64,000 nucleotides of DNA from an uncultured Actinomycetota bacterium (GTDB lineage Bacteria; Actinomycetota; Actinomycetes; Prado026), in contig CAVYVA010000006.1 in NCBI GenBank assembly GCA_963771835.1, positions 36,495 through 100,494 of the forward strand. The letters are read 5' to 3'. Shown here in pieces: positions 9,932-20,090 of the stretch. The position numbers were made by a program, and so were the translations under genes. The notes under the pieces are model-generated. The model ran no database searches. It saw only the letters and a list, made by a program, of their open reading frames with translations, and was not told the origin of the DNA. Position 1 is the stretch's first letter. Every line of letters begins with the position of its first letter.

Positions 9932-10809
9932 ATGTATCCGTCCCGGTTCCGCTACGAGGCCCCGCGCTCGCTCGACGAGGCGATCGGCCTGCTGCACCAG
10001 GGCGCCGGCGAGGCCAAGGTGCTCGCCGGCGGGCAGAGCCTGGTCCCGCTGCTGAAGCTGCGCTTCGCCGCGCCGGAGCTGCTGGTCGACATCAACAACA
10101 TCCCGGGCTGGACTACCACCGGGTGGACGCCGACGGCACCATCCACGTCGGCGCGCTGTGCCGGCACGCCGACCTGGAGCGCTCGACCATCCTCGCCGCC
10201 CGGCAGCCGACGATGGCCGCCGCCGCCCCGCTGATCGCCGACCCGATCGTGCGCAACCGCGGCACCCTGGTCGGCTCGCTGTGCCACGCCGACCCGCAGG
10301 GCGACTGGGCGTCGGTGGTGACCGCGCTCGGCGGGCACGTCGTCGCCCAGGGACCCGGCGGCCGGCGCACCATCCCGGTCGCGGAGTTCGTCAGCGGCCC
10401 GTTCCAGAACGTGCTCGCCTACGACGAGATCGCCGTCGAGGCCGTCATCCCGGCGTCCGAAGGGCACCCCCGCCGGCGGCTACCTCAAGCTGGAGCGGCG
10501 GGTCGGCGACTTCGCCACCGCCGGCGTGGCCGTGGCGATCGAGACCTCGGGCGACCTGGTCACCCGGGCCGGCATCGCCCTGACCGGCGTCGGCGGCTCG
10601 ACCATCGACGCCACCGAGGCCGGGCAGGCGCTGGTGGGCCAGGCCGCTGACGCGCGGACAGCATCGGCCGGGCCGCCGACCTGGCCGCGCAGGCGGCCCG
10701 GCCCCGGACCGACCACCGCGGCAGCGCGGAGTACAAGCGGCACATCGTGCACACGTTCGTCGTGCGCATCCTGACCCGCATCACCGAGTCCGCGGAGAGG
10801 GCGGCCTGA
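9932..10809 (+). CDS. coxM: CO dehydrogenase medium (FAD) subunit, copy 2; frameshifted
   Basis: [56 protein letters not shown]. Confidence 0.9.
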
Positions 10810-10810
10810 C

Positions 10811-11369
<559 letters not shown>

Positions 11370-11373
<4 letters not shown>

Positions 11374-13763
11374 CGCAGGCACTGGACGAGATCAAGATCG
11401 GCGGGATGGGCGCGAGCCGCAAGCGCGTCGAGGACAACCGCTTCATCCGCGGCCGGGGCAACTACGTCGACGACATCGTGCTGCCCGGCATGCTGCACAT
11501 GGAGATCCTGCGCAGCCCGCTGGCGCACGCCCGGATCAGGTCGATCGACACGAGCAAGGCGTGGGACATCCCCGGCGTCCGGCTGGTGCTGACCGGCGAG
11601 ATGATGGCGACCCGCAACCTGGCCTGGATGCCGACGCTCTCCTACGACACGCAGGCCGTGCTGGCCACCGACAAGGTGCGCTTCCAGGGCCAGGAGGTCG
11701 CCTGCGTCATCGCCGACGACCCGTACATCGCCAAGGACGCCTGCGAGGCGATCGTCGTCGACTACGAGCCGCTGCCGGTGATCGTCAACCCGACCCAGGC
11801 GATGGCCGCCGGCGCGCCGCTGATCCGCGACGACAAGGAGAACCAGCACGACAACGTCGTCTACGACTGGGAGGTCGGCGACCAGGGCGGGCACCGACCG
11901 GGCGTTCGAGCAGGCCGACGTGGTCTCCAAGCTCGAGCTGCACTACCCGCGCTCGCACCCGTCCCCGATCGAGTGCTGCGGGTCGATCGCCGACTTCAAC
12001 CGGGCGACGTCCAAGCTGACCGTCTACATGACCACCCAGGCGCCGCACATCATCCGGGCCGCGGTCGCGCTGGTCGCCGAGCTGCCCGAGCACATGATCC
12101 GGATCGTCTCGCCCGACCTCGGCGGCGGCTTCGGCAACAAGGTGCCGGTCTACCCCGGCTACGTCATGTCGATCCTCGCCTCGATCCTGCTCGAGCGGCC
12201 GGTGAAGTGGATCGAGGACAAGTCCGGCAACCTGATCTCGACCGGCTTCGGCCGCGACGTCTACCTGCACGGGCGAGATGGCGCTGCGCCGGGACGGCAA
12301 GATCCTCGGCGTCCGGATGCACACCGACGCCGACCACGGCGCGTTCTTCTCCGACGCCCAGCCGAGCAAGTTCAAGATCGGCCTGATGCACTCGGCGTTC
12401 TCCTGCTACGACATCCCGGCCGCGCACCTGACCGCGCGCGGCATGTACACGAACAAGGCGCCGGGCGGGGTCGCCTACCGGTGCTCGTTCCGGGTCACCG
12501 AGGCGATGTTCTTCCAGGAACGGATGGTGCAGGCGGCCGCCGACGACCTCGGCATGGACCAGGCCGAGTTCCGGCGGATGCAACTTCGTCCGCGACGACG
12601 ACTTCCCGCACCGCACGCCGTTCGGCTTCCTCACCGACTCCGGCCAGTACGGCAAGTGCCTGGACGTCGGGCTGGAGGCCGTCGGCTACCAGGACTTCCT
12701 CGCGCAGAAGGAGGAGGCCCGCAAGCGCGGCCGCCTGCTCGGCATCGGCATCTCGACGATGACCGAGCCGCTCGGCGCCGGCAACAGCCGCGAGTACGAC
12801 ATCCTCGGCATCAAGATGTTCGACTCGGCCGAGCTGCGGGTGCACATGACCGGCAAGGCGATCCTGCGCACCGGCGCGAAGACCCAGGGCCAGGGGCACG
12901 AGACGACCTGGGCGCAGATCGTCGCCCACGAGCTCGGCATCCCGGCCGAGGACATCGTCGTCGAGGAGGGCGACACCGACACCGCGCCGTTCGGCATGGG
13001 CACCTACGCCTCGCGCAGCACGCCGGTCGCCGGCGCGGCCGTCGCGATGGTGTCCCGCAAGGTCCGGGCCAAGGCGCGCAAGCTCGCCGCGCACCTGCTC
13101 GAGGTGTCCGAGGAGGACGTCGAGTGGGAGCTCGGCCGCTTCTACGTGCGCAGCGCGCCCGGACCGCGGCGTCACCATCCAGGAGTGCGCGATGGCGGCG
13201 TACAGCAACATGCCCGACGGCATGGAGCCGGGCCTGGAGAACGTCGCCTACTACGACCCGCCGAACCTGACCTGGCCGTTCGGCTGCTACATCGTCACCG
13301 TCGAGGTCGACCCGCAGACCGGCGTGTGGGACGTGCTGAGCGTGGTCGCGGTCGACGACTGCGGCGTGCGGATCAACCCGATGATCGTCGAGGGCCAGAT
13401 CATGGGCGGGCTGACCGAGGCGTTCGCCATGGCCAGCATGCAGTTCATCACCTTCGACGCCGAGGGCAACTGCGTCGGGTCCAACTACATGGACTACCTG
13501 CTGCCGACCGCGTGGGAGACGCCCGGGTTCGAGCTGCACGAGGTCGTCACGCCCGTGCCCGCACCACCCGATCGGCGCCAAGGGCGTCGGCGAGTGCGCG
13601 ACCGTCGGCGGCCCGGCGGCGTTCGTCAACGCGGTGCATGGACGCGCTCAAGGACACCGGCGTGCGCAACATCGACATGCCGCTGCTGCCGGACCGCGTG
13701 TACGAGGCGCTCACCGAGCGGCACGACGTCTCCGGCGCACCGCCGGTCCGGTCGGACGACTGA
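11370..13763 (+). CDS. coxL: Aerobic Mo-Cu CO dehydrogenase large subunit, form I, copy 2 (divergent from copy 1); several frameshifts
   Basis: [42 protein letters not shown] (12473-12493), [22 protein letters not shown]; GAGGAG RBS before GTG. Confidence 0.92.
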
Positions 13764-14765
13764 TGGAGGCGGGCGGCGCGGCGATGGAGGGCTGGGACGT
13801 CGTCGAGCGGGCCGGCGAGCTGGCCCGGCGCGGCGAGGAGTTCGCGCTGGCCACCGTGGTGTGGCGGCAGGGCCCCTCCTCCGGCCAGCAGGGCTCGCGG
13901 GCGATCGTCACCGCGAGCGGTCAGCTGTACGGCTGGATCGGCGGCGCCTGCGCCGAGCCGGTCGTGATCCGCGAGGCCCAGCGGGTGATCGCCGAGGGTC
14001 AGCCCCGGCTGCTGCTGCTCGGCACCCCCGAGCAGTTCGGCGCCGCCGTGCCGGACGGGATGCGGGTGATCCCGATCTCCTGCCAGAGCGAGGGAGCCCT
14101 GGAGGTCTACGTCGAGCCGGTCCTGCCCGGCGCCGCACCTGGTGGTCGTCGGGCGCTCGCCGATGGCGCACACGCTCGCCGACCTGGCCGGCGGCGCTGG
14201 GCTGGCGCACCGACCTCGTCGACGGGGCGGACTTCTCCGCGGCGGCGGTGGACGCCCGCTCGATCGTCGTGGTCGCCACCCAGGGCCACGGCGACGAGGA
14301 GGCCGTCGAGCAGGCGGTGGCCGGCTTCCCGGCCTTCCTCGGGCTGGTCGCGTCCCGCCGCCGCGGCGAGGCGGTCCTGGGCTACCTCGCCGACCGTGGC
14401 GTGCCGCACGAACCTGCTGGACCGGGTGCGGGTGCCGGTCGGCCTCGACCTGGGCCATACCTCGCACCGCGAGATCGCGGTCGCGATCCTCGCCGAGCTG
14501 GTCCAGCTGCGGGCCGCCGGCGCGCTCGTCCCCGACCAGTCCGGCGAACCGGCAGAGCAGGGCGAGCGGTCGAGCACGGCGAGCGGGCAGCGACCGCGCC
14601 AGGACAGGCGGTCGACCCGGTCTGCGGGATGACGGTGCCGGCCGACCGGTCCAGCCGGCCGTTCGAGCACGCCGGCGTCACCTACTACTTCTGCTGCGCC
14701 GGCTGCCGCCACGCCTTCGAGAAGGATCCCGCCTGCCTACCGTCCCCGAGGAGGTCCGATGCTGA
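13763..14765 (+). CDS. XdhC/CoxF-family Mo-cofactor maturation protein with C-terminal YHS domain; frameshifted
   Basis: ALATVVWRQGPSS..GWIGGACAEP, VVVATQGHGDE, RVPVGLDLG; C-terminal VDPVCGMTV..YYFCCAGCRHAFEKDP. Confidence 0.85.
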
Positions 14766-15345
14766 TCAAGACCGACTTCGAGGTGGCCGAGTCCGTCGGA
14801 CAAGGTGTGGAAGTTCTTCGACGACATCCCCCAGGTGGCCGCCTGCCTGCCCGGCGCGGAGCTGACCGAGGACCTCGGCGACGACACGTACCGCGGCAAG
14901 GTCGCGATCCGGATGGGCCCGGTCAAGATGCAGTTCGCCGGCACCGCCACGATCACCGAGCGCGACGAGACCGCCAAGCGCATCGTGGTCGACGCCGCCG
15001 GCGCCGAGGAGAAGGGCCGCGGCCAGGCCGCGATGCTGGTCACCGCGCACCTGGTGCCGGCCGGTCGCGGCACCAAGGTCGAGGTGGTCCAGGACCTGCA
15101 GCTCTCCGGCGCCGCCGCCCAGTACGGCCGCGGCATGATCTCCGACGTCACCGCCGTGCTGATGCGCGACTTCGCCGCGAACATGCAGCGGCGGATCGGC
15201 GCCATCGACCGGGGCCTGTCCCCGGACCAGGTCGGCGCGGCCGCGCCGGCCAGCGGCTTCGCCATCGGGCTGCGGGCGATGCGGATGGCGCTGACCCGGG
15301 TCTTCAGGCGCTTCTTCGCTGCCCTACCAGCCCAACCCGAGCTGA
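14759..15345 (+). CDS. coxG: CoxG (SRPBCC/START fold) with C-terminal amphipathic extension; frameshifts at both ends
   Basis: VWKFFDDIPQVAACLPGAEL, QLSGAAAQYGRGMISDV; ends FRRFF-LPYQPNPS* after correction. Confidence 0.85.
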
Positions 15346-15357
15346 GGAGGACGACCC

Positions 15358-15614
15358 ATGGTGCTGTGGTGGATCGGCAACGCGCTGCTGCTGCTGGCCG
15401 TCGTGCCCGTGCTCGTCGCCCTGCTCAACCGGCGTGCTGGCCGCGCTCGAGCGCATCCGCGGGGCGTCCGACGACATCCTCGCCGGCGGCGTCGCGCTGG
15501 TCGGGGAGCTGGACGAGCGTGCCCGAGATGCTGGCGACCACCGACCGGACCATCGACGACGTGGCCGTCGGCGCCGTCCGCTACGCGGGCTCCGTCGCGA
15601 AGCTGCTCGGCTGA
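15358..15614 (+). CDS. Small membrane coiled-coil protein A (~85 aa); reconstructed
   Basis: GAGGAGG RBS; MVLWWIGNALLLLAVVPVLVALLNRVLAALERIRGASDDILAGGVALVGELD-VPEMLATTDRTIDDVAVGAVRYAGSVAKLLG*. Confidence 0.7.
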
Positions 15615-15632
15615 GCAGGGAGGAGAACCGTC

Positions 15633-15861
15633 ATGCCGGCCGCCGCCTGGGTCACCATGGTCATCTCCGCGCTGATCATCCGGCCGCAGCCCTCGGGCTG
15701 CTGCGGGTCATCATCCACCTCGACGTGGTGCGCCAGACGCTCGCGAACGTCATCGGCGGCGTCGCAGGTCGTCGCCGACGCAGACCCGCACCGTCCCCGA
15801 GGTCCTGCCCTCGGTCAACGCGAGCCTCAAGCCCGTCCGCGACTTCTGCGAGACGGTGTGA
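15633..15861 (+). CDS. Small membrane coiled-coil protein B (~75 aa); reconstructed
   Basis: GGAGGAG RBS; MPAAAWVTMVISALII-AAALGLLRVIIHLDVVRQTLANVIGGV-QVVAD-QTRTVPEVLPSVNASLKPVRDFCETV*. Confidence 0.7.
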
Positions 15862-15880
15862 CCCGGCGAGAGGAGCCGAC

Positions 15881-16143
15881 GTGCTAGTCGCAGCGAGCAC
15901 CTCGACCACCGGCTGGGTGGTCGGCTACACGATCGGGATCGTCGTGGTGCTGGTGGTCGTCGCCCTGGTGGTGCCGATCCTGTGCTCGCGCACGCGATCG
16001 GCAACGAGGCGAAGGTCATCGACGACTCCCTCACCGAGTCCGTGCACAACACCGCGGCGCTGAAGGAGCTGCACACGACGATCGACTACGCCGAGGTCAT
16101 CGTGGCCGGGCTCAACCGCGGACGCACCAGGCTGGGAGGCTGA
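15881..16143 (+). CDS. Small membrane coiled-coil protein C (~87 aa); reconstructed
   Basis: AGGAG RBS, GTG start; MLVAASTSTTGWVVGYTIGIVVVLVVVALVVPIL-LAHAIGNEAKVIDDSLTESVHNTAALKELHTTIDYAEVIVAGLNRGRTRLGG*. Confidence 0.7.
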
Positions 16144-16144
16144 C

Positions 16145-16445
16145 ATGGACGCACTGTCCGCCGCCGAGCTGACCTCGACCCAGAACAACCTGTGGTGGGG
16201 CGCGATCATCGGCGGTGTCGTCGTCGTGCGTCGCCGTCGCCGCGCTGCTCACGATCCTGGTCGTCCTGGTCCGGACGATCGACCGGCGGGTCGTGCAGGT
16301 CCGGGACACGCTGCAGGCCGCGGCGGCCAACACCGCCGACACGGCGCTGATCGCCGAGACCGCCGACGGCGTCGACGCGGTCCTCGCCGAAGGCCTGGAG
16401 CACCACCTGTTCCTGGGCCGCGTCCTCGGGAAGGTGAGGTCGTGA
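16145..16445 (+). CDS. Small membrane coiled-coil protein D (~100 aa); reconstructed
   Basis: Starts 1 nt after the stop of C; MDALSAAELTSTQNNLWWGAIIGGVVVV-VAVAALLTILVVLVRTIDRRVVQVRDTLQAAAANTADTALIAETADGVDAVLAEGLEHHLFLGRVLGKVRS*. Confidence 0.7.
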
Positions 16446-16449
16446 CGCG

Positions 16450-16851
16450 ATGGTCGTGCTGTCCGTCGATCGACATCGTCCTGCTCATCGCCGGGCTGGC
16501 GTTCTACCTCTTCGTCGTGGGCGACCCAGCTCACCCGGATCGCCACGAACCTCGAGGAGTGCGCCGAGCTGGTCCGCACGATCGTCGCGCAACGCCGAGG
16601 TGATCCGACCCGGCGTCGAGCACATCAACCGCACCGGCGGCGTCGTGGCCGGCGCCCTGCCGCTGCTGTACGGGATGGCCGAGGGCATCGTCGTCGGCGT
16701 CACGCCGCGTCCCGAGCCCCCGGTCGAGCGGCCGCCGGCCCGGCCCGCCTCCGGCCGGCGCCGGTCGCGGCTGCACGACGGCGTCGGCTACGAGCCGGTG
16801 GCCGTAGCGCGCGATCGCCCACGGGGTCGTCCGGGTCGCGGCCGGTGGTGA
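16450..16851 (+). CDS. Small membrane coiled-coil protein E (~120-130 aa, Pro/Arg-rich tail); reconstructed, 3' end uncertain
   Basis: MVVLSV-IDIVLLIAGLAFYLFVVG-TQLTRIATNLEECAELVRTIV-RNAEVIRPGVEHINRTGGVVAGALPLLYGMAEGIVVGVTPRPEPP... Confidence 0.65.
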   Translation: MVVLSVDRHRPAHRRAGVLPLRRGRPSSPGSPRTSRSAPSWSARSSRNAEVIRPGVEHINRTGGVVAGALPLLYGMAEGIVVGVTPRPEPPVERPPARPASGRRRSRLHDGVGYEPVAVARDRPRGRPGRGRW

Positions 16852-17260
16852 GCGGTCCGGTCGTGGGCGCCCGGTACTCGCCGATCCACTCGTCCTTCCA
16901 CGACCGGTCGTACTGCTGCTCGTTGCAGCTCGGGCTGGTAGATCGCGCACAGCTCCTGCGCGATCTGCTCGCGGTGCGAGGCAGCCCGCCGGGCACCTCG
17001 TAGGTGCAGATGTAGACCTTCCAGCGGTCGCCGGCCCGGCTCGACCCAGCAGGCGGCGCGCCGGGTGGCCGAACGGGAACCGCTCGCGCGGACAGGTCCT
17101 CGGAGTGCCCGACGTAGATGACCGCGTACCGGTCCGGCTTGGTCTGCGGGTCCGGCTTGTAGACGATCGCGTAGACCGCGGGGACCGCCGGCGGCGTCCA
17201 GCCGCCGAGGACCCGCGGCCCCTCGAACGGGTAGCCGGCGAGCGAGCCGAGCCGGATCAC
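16800..17260 (-). CDS. GIY-YIG-fold-like hypothetical protein; frameshifted, 3' end approximate
   Basis: MIRLGSLAGYPFEGP..PAVYAIVYK..VIYVGHSEDLS..HREQIAQELCAIYQPSCNEQQYD. Confidence 0.65.
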
Positions 17261-17546
17261 TCGTCGCGTCGTCCGTCGTCCGTCGTCCTCGCTCGACGGC
17301 CACCGCCCGGACGATCGGCCACGGCGGCAGGCCGGCCCTGGCCGCGGCGCCGGCGAAGTCCGCCGTCGCCCGCTCGACGGCCTGCTCGCGGGCGTCCGCC
17401 TCGACGACGAGCTGGGCGCCGTAGCGCGTGGTGCCGATGCCGGAGGCGATCCCGCCGTGCGCGGCGACCGCGTCCGCCAGCTCGACCACCTCCTCGAGCA
17501 TCACCTCGCGGTCGCCCTCGGCGACCACCGCCACGCTCCACCTCAC
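17257..17546 (-). CDS. Small hypothetical protein (~96 aa) in the coxDE operon
   Basis: GGAGGA RBS then GTG; MRWSVAVVAEGDREVMLEEVVELADAVAAHGGIASGIGTTRYGAQLVVEA..; probable GTGA overlap with the next gene. Confidence 0.65.
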
Positions 17547-17555
17547 CGGATCCTC

Positions 17556-18691
17556 CTAGCCCAGCCCGGGCAGCAGCGCGGCGAACTCTTCCAGGCTGCG
17601 CAGGTCGTGGCCGGACAGCAGCAGGTCGACGTGCGGCGCGGCCACCATCATGCCGAGCGTGCTCGGCCGGAACTGCGCGTCGCTCGCCCTTGTGCGGGTT
17701 CAGCCACACCACCCGATGGCTCAGCCTCGACAGCCGCTCCATCGCCGTGGCCAGCACGGCCGGGTCGCCGCGGTCGAGACCGTCCGAGCAGATCACCACG
17801 ATCCCGCCCCGGCACACGCCGCGCCGGCCCCAGTCCCGCACGAACGCCTGCAGCGAGTCGCCGATCCGGGTCCCGCCCTCCCAGTCGAAGACGGCCCTGG
17901 CGGCGCGTTCCAGGGCGTCGTCGGGACGGCGGTGCTCCAGCTCCCTGGTGATCCGGGTCAGCCGGGTGCCGAAGCAGAACACCTCGACCCGGGCCGCCGC
18001 CCGGCTGGTGGAGTACGCGAACTGCAGCAGGTTGCGCGAGTAGTCCGCCATCGACCCGGAGACGTCCAGGATGAGGACCAGCGGCCGTGGCCGGAGCCGG
18101 CGCCGGCGCCAGTAGCAGCTCGGCCGGCTCGCCGTGCGTGCGCATCGTCTCGCGCACCGTCCGGCGCAGGTCGGGCGCTCGCCCGCGCGAGCGGGCGCCG
18201 ACCGTCCGGCGGGTGCGGCGGCGCGGCGGCGTCAGCCGGATCCGCGCCATGATCCGGCGCAGCGCAGCCAGCTCCTCGGGGGTGCAGGCCGCGAACGACT
18301 TGTTCTTGCAGCGCGTCCGCGTCCGAGGCGATCAGGCCGAGCTCGGCCTCGCTGCTCGCGGGCGGTCCCGCCCCGGCTCGGTCTCCGGGACCTGCAGGAC
18401 CGCAGCGGTCTCGACCCTGGCCCGGATCGTCGGCCGGACCGGCTCGGGGAGCCCGTCGGCCTCGTCCAGGAAGAACCGCCGGAACACCCGGTCGTACACC
18501 GGGATCTGGTCGTGCCGGGTCACCATCGTGGTCCGCCCCGCCCAGTACAGGTCGAGCAGGTCGGTCGGGTCCAGCGGGGCCATCGCCGCGCAGTACGTCA
18601 GCACGTCGCCGGACCCGACCGGCAGCCCGGCCGAGCGCAGCTCGCGGGCGAAGTCGACGAGCAGGGCGACGAACGACGCGTCGTCAGGCAC
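17556..18691 (-). CDS. coxE: CoxE-type VWA-domain protein; frameshifted
   Basis: FARELRSAGLPVG, LVLILDVSGSMADYSR (MIDAS-like), EVFCFGTRLTRIT, WEGGTRIGDSL, VVICSDGLDRG. Confidence 0.88.
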
Positions 18692-19564
18692 CGGAGGCGA
18701 TCTCTTCCAGGTTGTCCCGCACCAGGTCGAGGTCGTCGCGCTCCTTCACCACGGCGCCGAGCGTGTCGGCGACGGTCCTGGCGTCCAGCTCGGTCTCGCC
18801 GAGCACGTCGAGCGTGCGCACCCAGTCGATCGTCTCGGCGACCCCGGGCGGCTTGGCCAGGTCCATGGACGCGCAGCCGGTTCACCGCGGCGACGACCTT
18901 CCTGGCCAGCGTCCTGCGGACACGCCCGGCGCCCGGAGCCAGGATGATCTCCACCTCGCGCTCGGCGCTGGGGTAGCCGACCCAGTGGTACAGGCAGCGG
19001 CGCTTGAGCGCGTCGTGCAGCTCGCGGGTGCGGTTGGAGGTGAGCACGACGATCGGCGCGCTCTCGGCGCGTGATCGTCCCGATCTCCGGGATGCTGATC
19101 TGGAAGTCCGAGAGCACCTCGAGCAGGAACGCCTCGAACTCGTCGTCGGCGCGGTCCACCTCGTCGATGAGCAGCACCGCCCGGTTCCCGGCGCGGACCG
19201 CCTCGAGCAGCGGCCGCTCGAGCAGGAACTTCGGGCCGAACAGCTTGTCGACGGCCGCGTCGTCCTCGACGTGCCGCTCGGACAGCGCCCGGATCTGCAG
19301 CATCTGCCGCGCGTAGTCCCACTCGTACAGGGCCTGGTTGGTGTCGATCCCCTCGTAGCACTGCAGGCGGATCAGCTTGCGGCCGAACACCGCGGCCAGC
19401 ACCTTGGCGACCTCGGTCTTGCCGACCCCGACCTCGCCCTCGAGCAGGATCGGCCGATCCAGCGACAGCGCGACGAACAGGGCCGTGGACAGCCCGCGGT
19501 CAGCGAGGTAGCCGCCGTCGCGCAGGATCTCGGTCAGCCCGCCGACGGTCTCCGGACGATCCAT
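18684..19564 (-). CDS. coxD: CoxD-type MoxR AAA+ ATPase; frameshifted
   Basis: LLEGEVGVGKTE, RLQCYEGID, VLLIDEVDRADDEFEAFLLE, LTSNRTRELHDALKRRC. Confidence 0.92.
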
Positions 19565-19616
19565 CCAGTGCTCTCCTCACCGACGCCGCGCTGGCTGCCA
19601 GGCCGGGCAGCCGCGG

Positions 19617-19892
19617 TCAGTCGGCCGGCGAGGAGCCGAGGACCAGGTCGCGGATGCTGCCGCCCGCCGTGCTCAGCTTGCCCTCGCGCGCCAGCTTGCT
19701 CCGCCAGGCCTCGCGCAGGTCGCTGCCCGGCTCGGCCATGCCGTCGAAGGTGATCTCCTTCATGTTCTTGCACGACTTCTTCGGCTCGAAGGTGGCGTCG
19801 AGGTCCTCGCTCGTCTGACCCTGCGCCGCCCACACCGCACGGAGCACCTCGACCGGCTCGTCAGCCTCGTGCGCATCCGCGTGCTGGGTCAT
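19617..19892 (-). CDS. Small hypothetical protein (91 aa) leading the coxDE operon
   Basis: GAGAGGA RBS; MTQHADAHEADEPVEVLRAVWAAQG..PKKSCKNMKEITFDGMAEPGSDLREAW. Confidence 0.65.
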   Translation of the reverse strand: MTQHADAHEADEPVEVLRAVWAAQGQTSEDLDATFEPKKSCKNMKEITFDGMAEPGSDLREAWRSKLAREGKLSTAGGSIRDLVLGSSPAD

Positions 19893-19966
19893 GGTCGGCG
19901 TCCTCTCGGCGGGCTCGTGCTCGTCCGGCTTCACTGTACGACGGCCGGTGGATCCGGGCGACTGCG

Positions 19967-19984
19967 GAATAAGCATTTCCTTAC
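19967..19984 (-). promoter_or_regulatory. Second putative CutR/LysR operator GTAAG-N6-CTTATTC upstream of the coxDE operon
   Basis: + strand gaataagcatttccttac; same arms and orientation relative to its operon as the 9531 site. Confidence 0.6.
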
Positions 19985-20024
19985 TCGCGCGGACTCGCAC
20001 GGACTCGCGCGGACTCGCGCGGAC
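19983..20024. repeat. 10-bp tandem repeat (GGACTCGCGC) x ~4
   Basis: actcgcgc ggactcgcac ggactcgcgc ggactcgcgc ggac. Confidence 0.9.
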
Positions 20025-20034
20025 AGACGAGAAG

Positions 20035-20070
20035 ACCCGGCGCCCTGGGGGGTCACCCAGGGCGCCGGGT
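20035..20070 (-). terminator. Hairpin terminator (perfect 15-bp stem)
   Basis: acccggcgccctggg / cccagggcgccgggt, 20 bp past the stop of 20091..20672, followed by TCTTCTC on the minus strand. Confidence 0.7.
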
Positions 20071-20090
20071 CGGGACGGTCGGACCGTCGC

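Noticed and set aside
14805-15614. CoxG fused to small protein A
   Set aside because: Indel near 15318; own stop at 15343-15345 and a strong RBS before ATG 15358
16800-17260. Homing endonuclease or mobile element
   Set aside because: No intron, terminal repeats or target duplication; gene is operon-coupled and the catalytic Glu appears absent
19983-20070. CRISPR-like array
   Set aside because: Only a spacerless 10-bp tandem repeat and a terminator hairpin; no cas genes in the window
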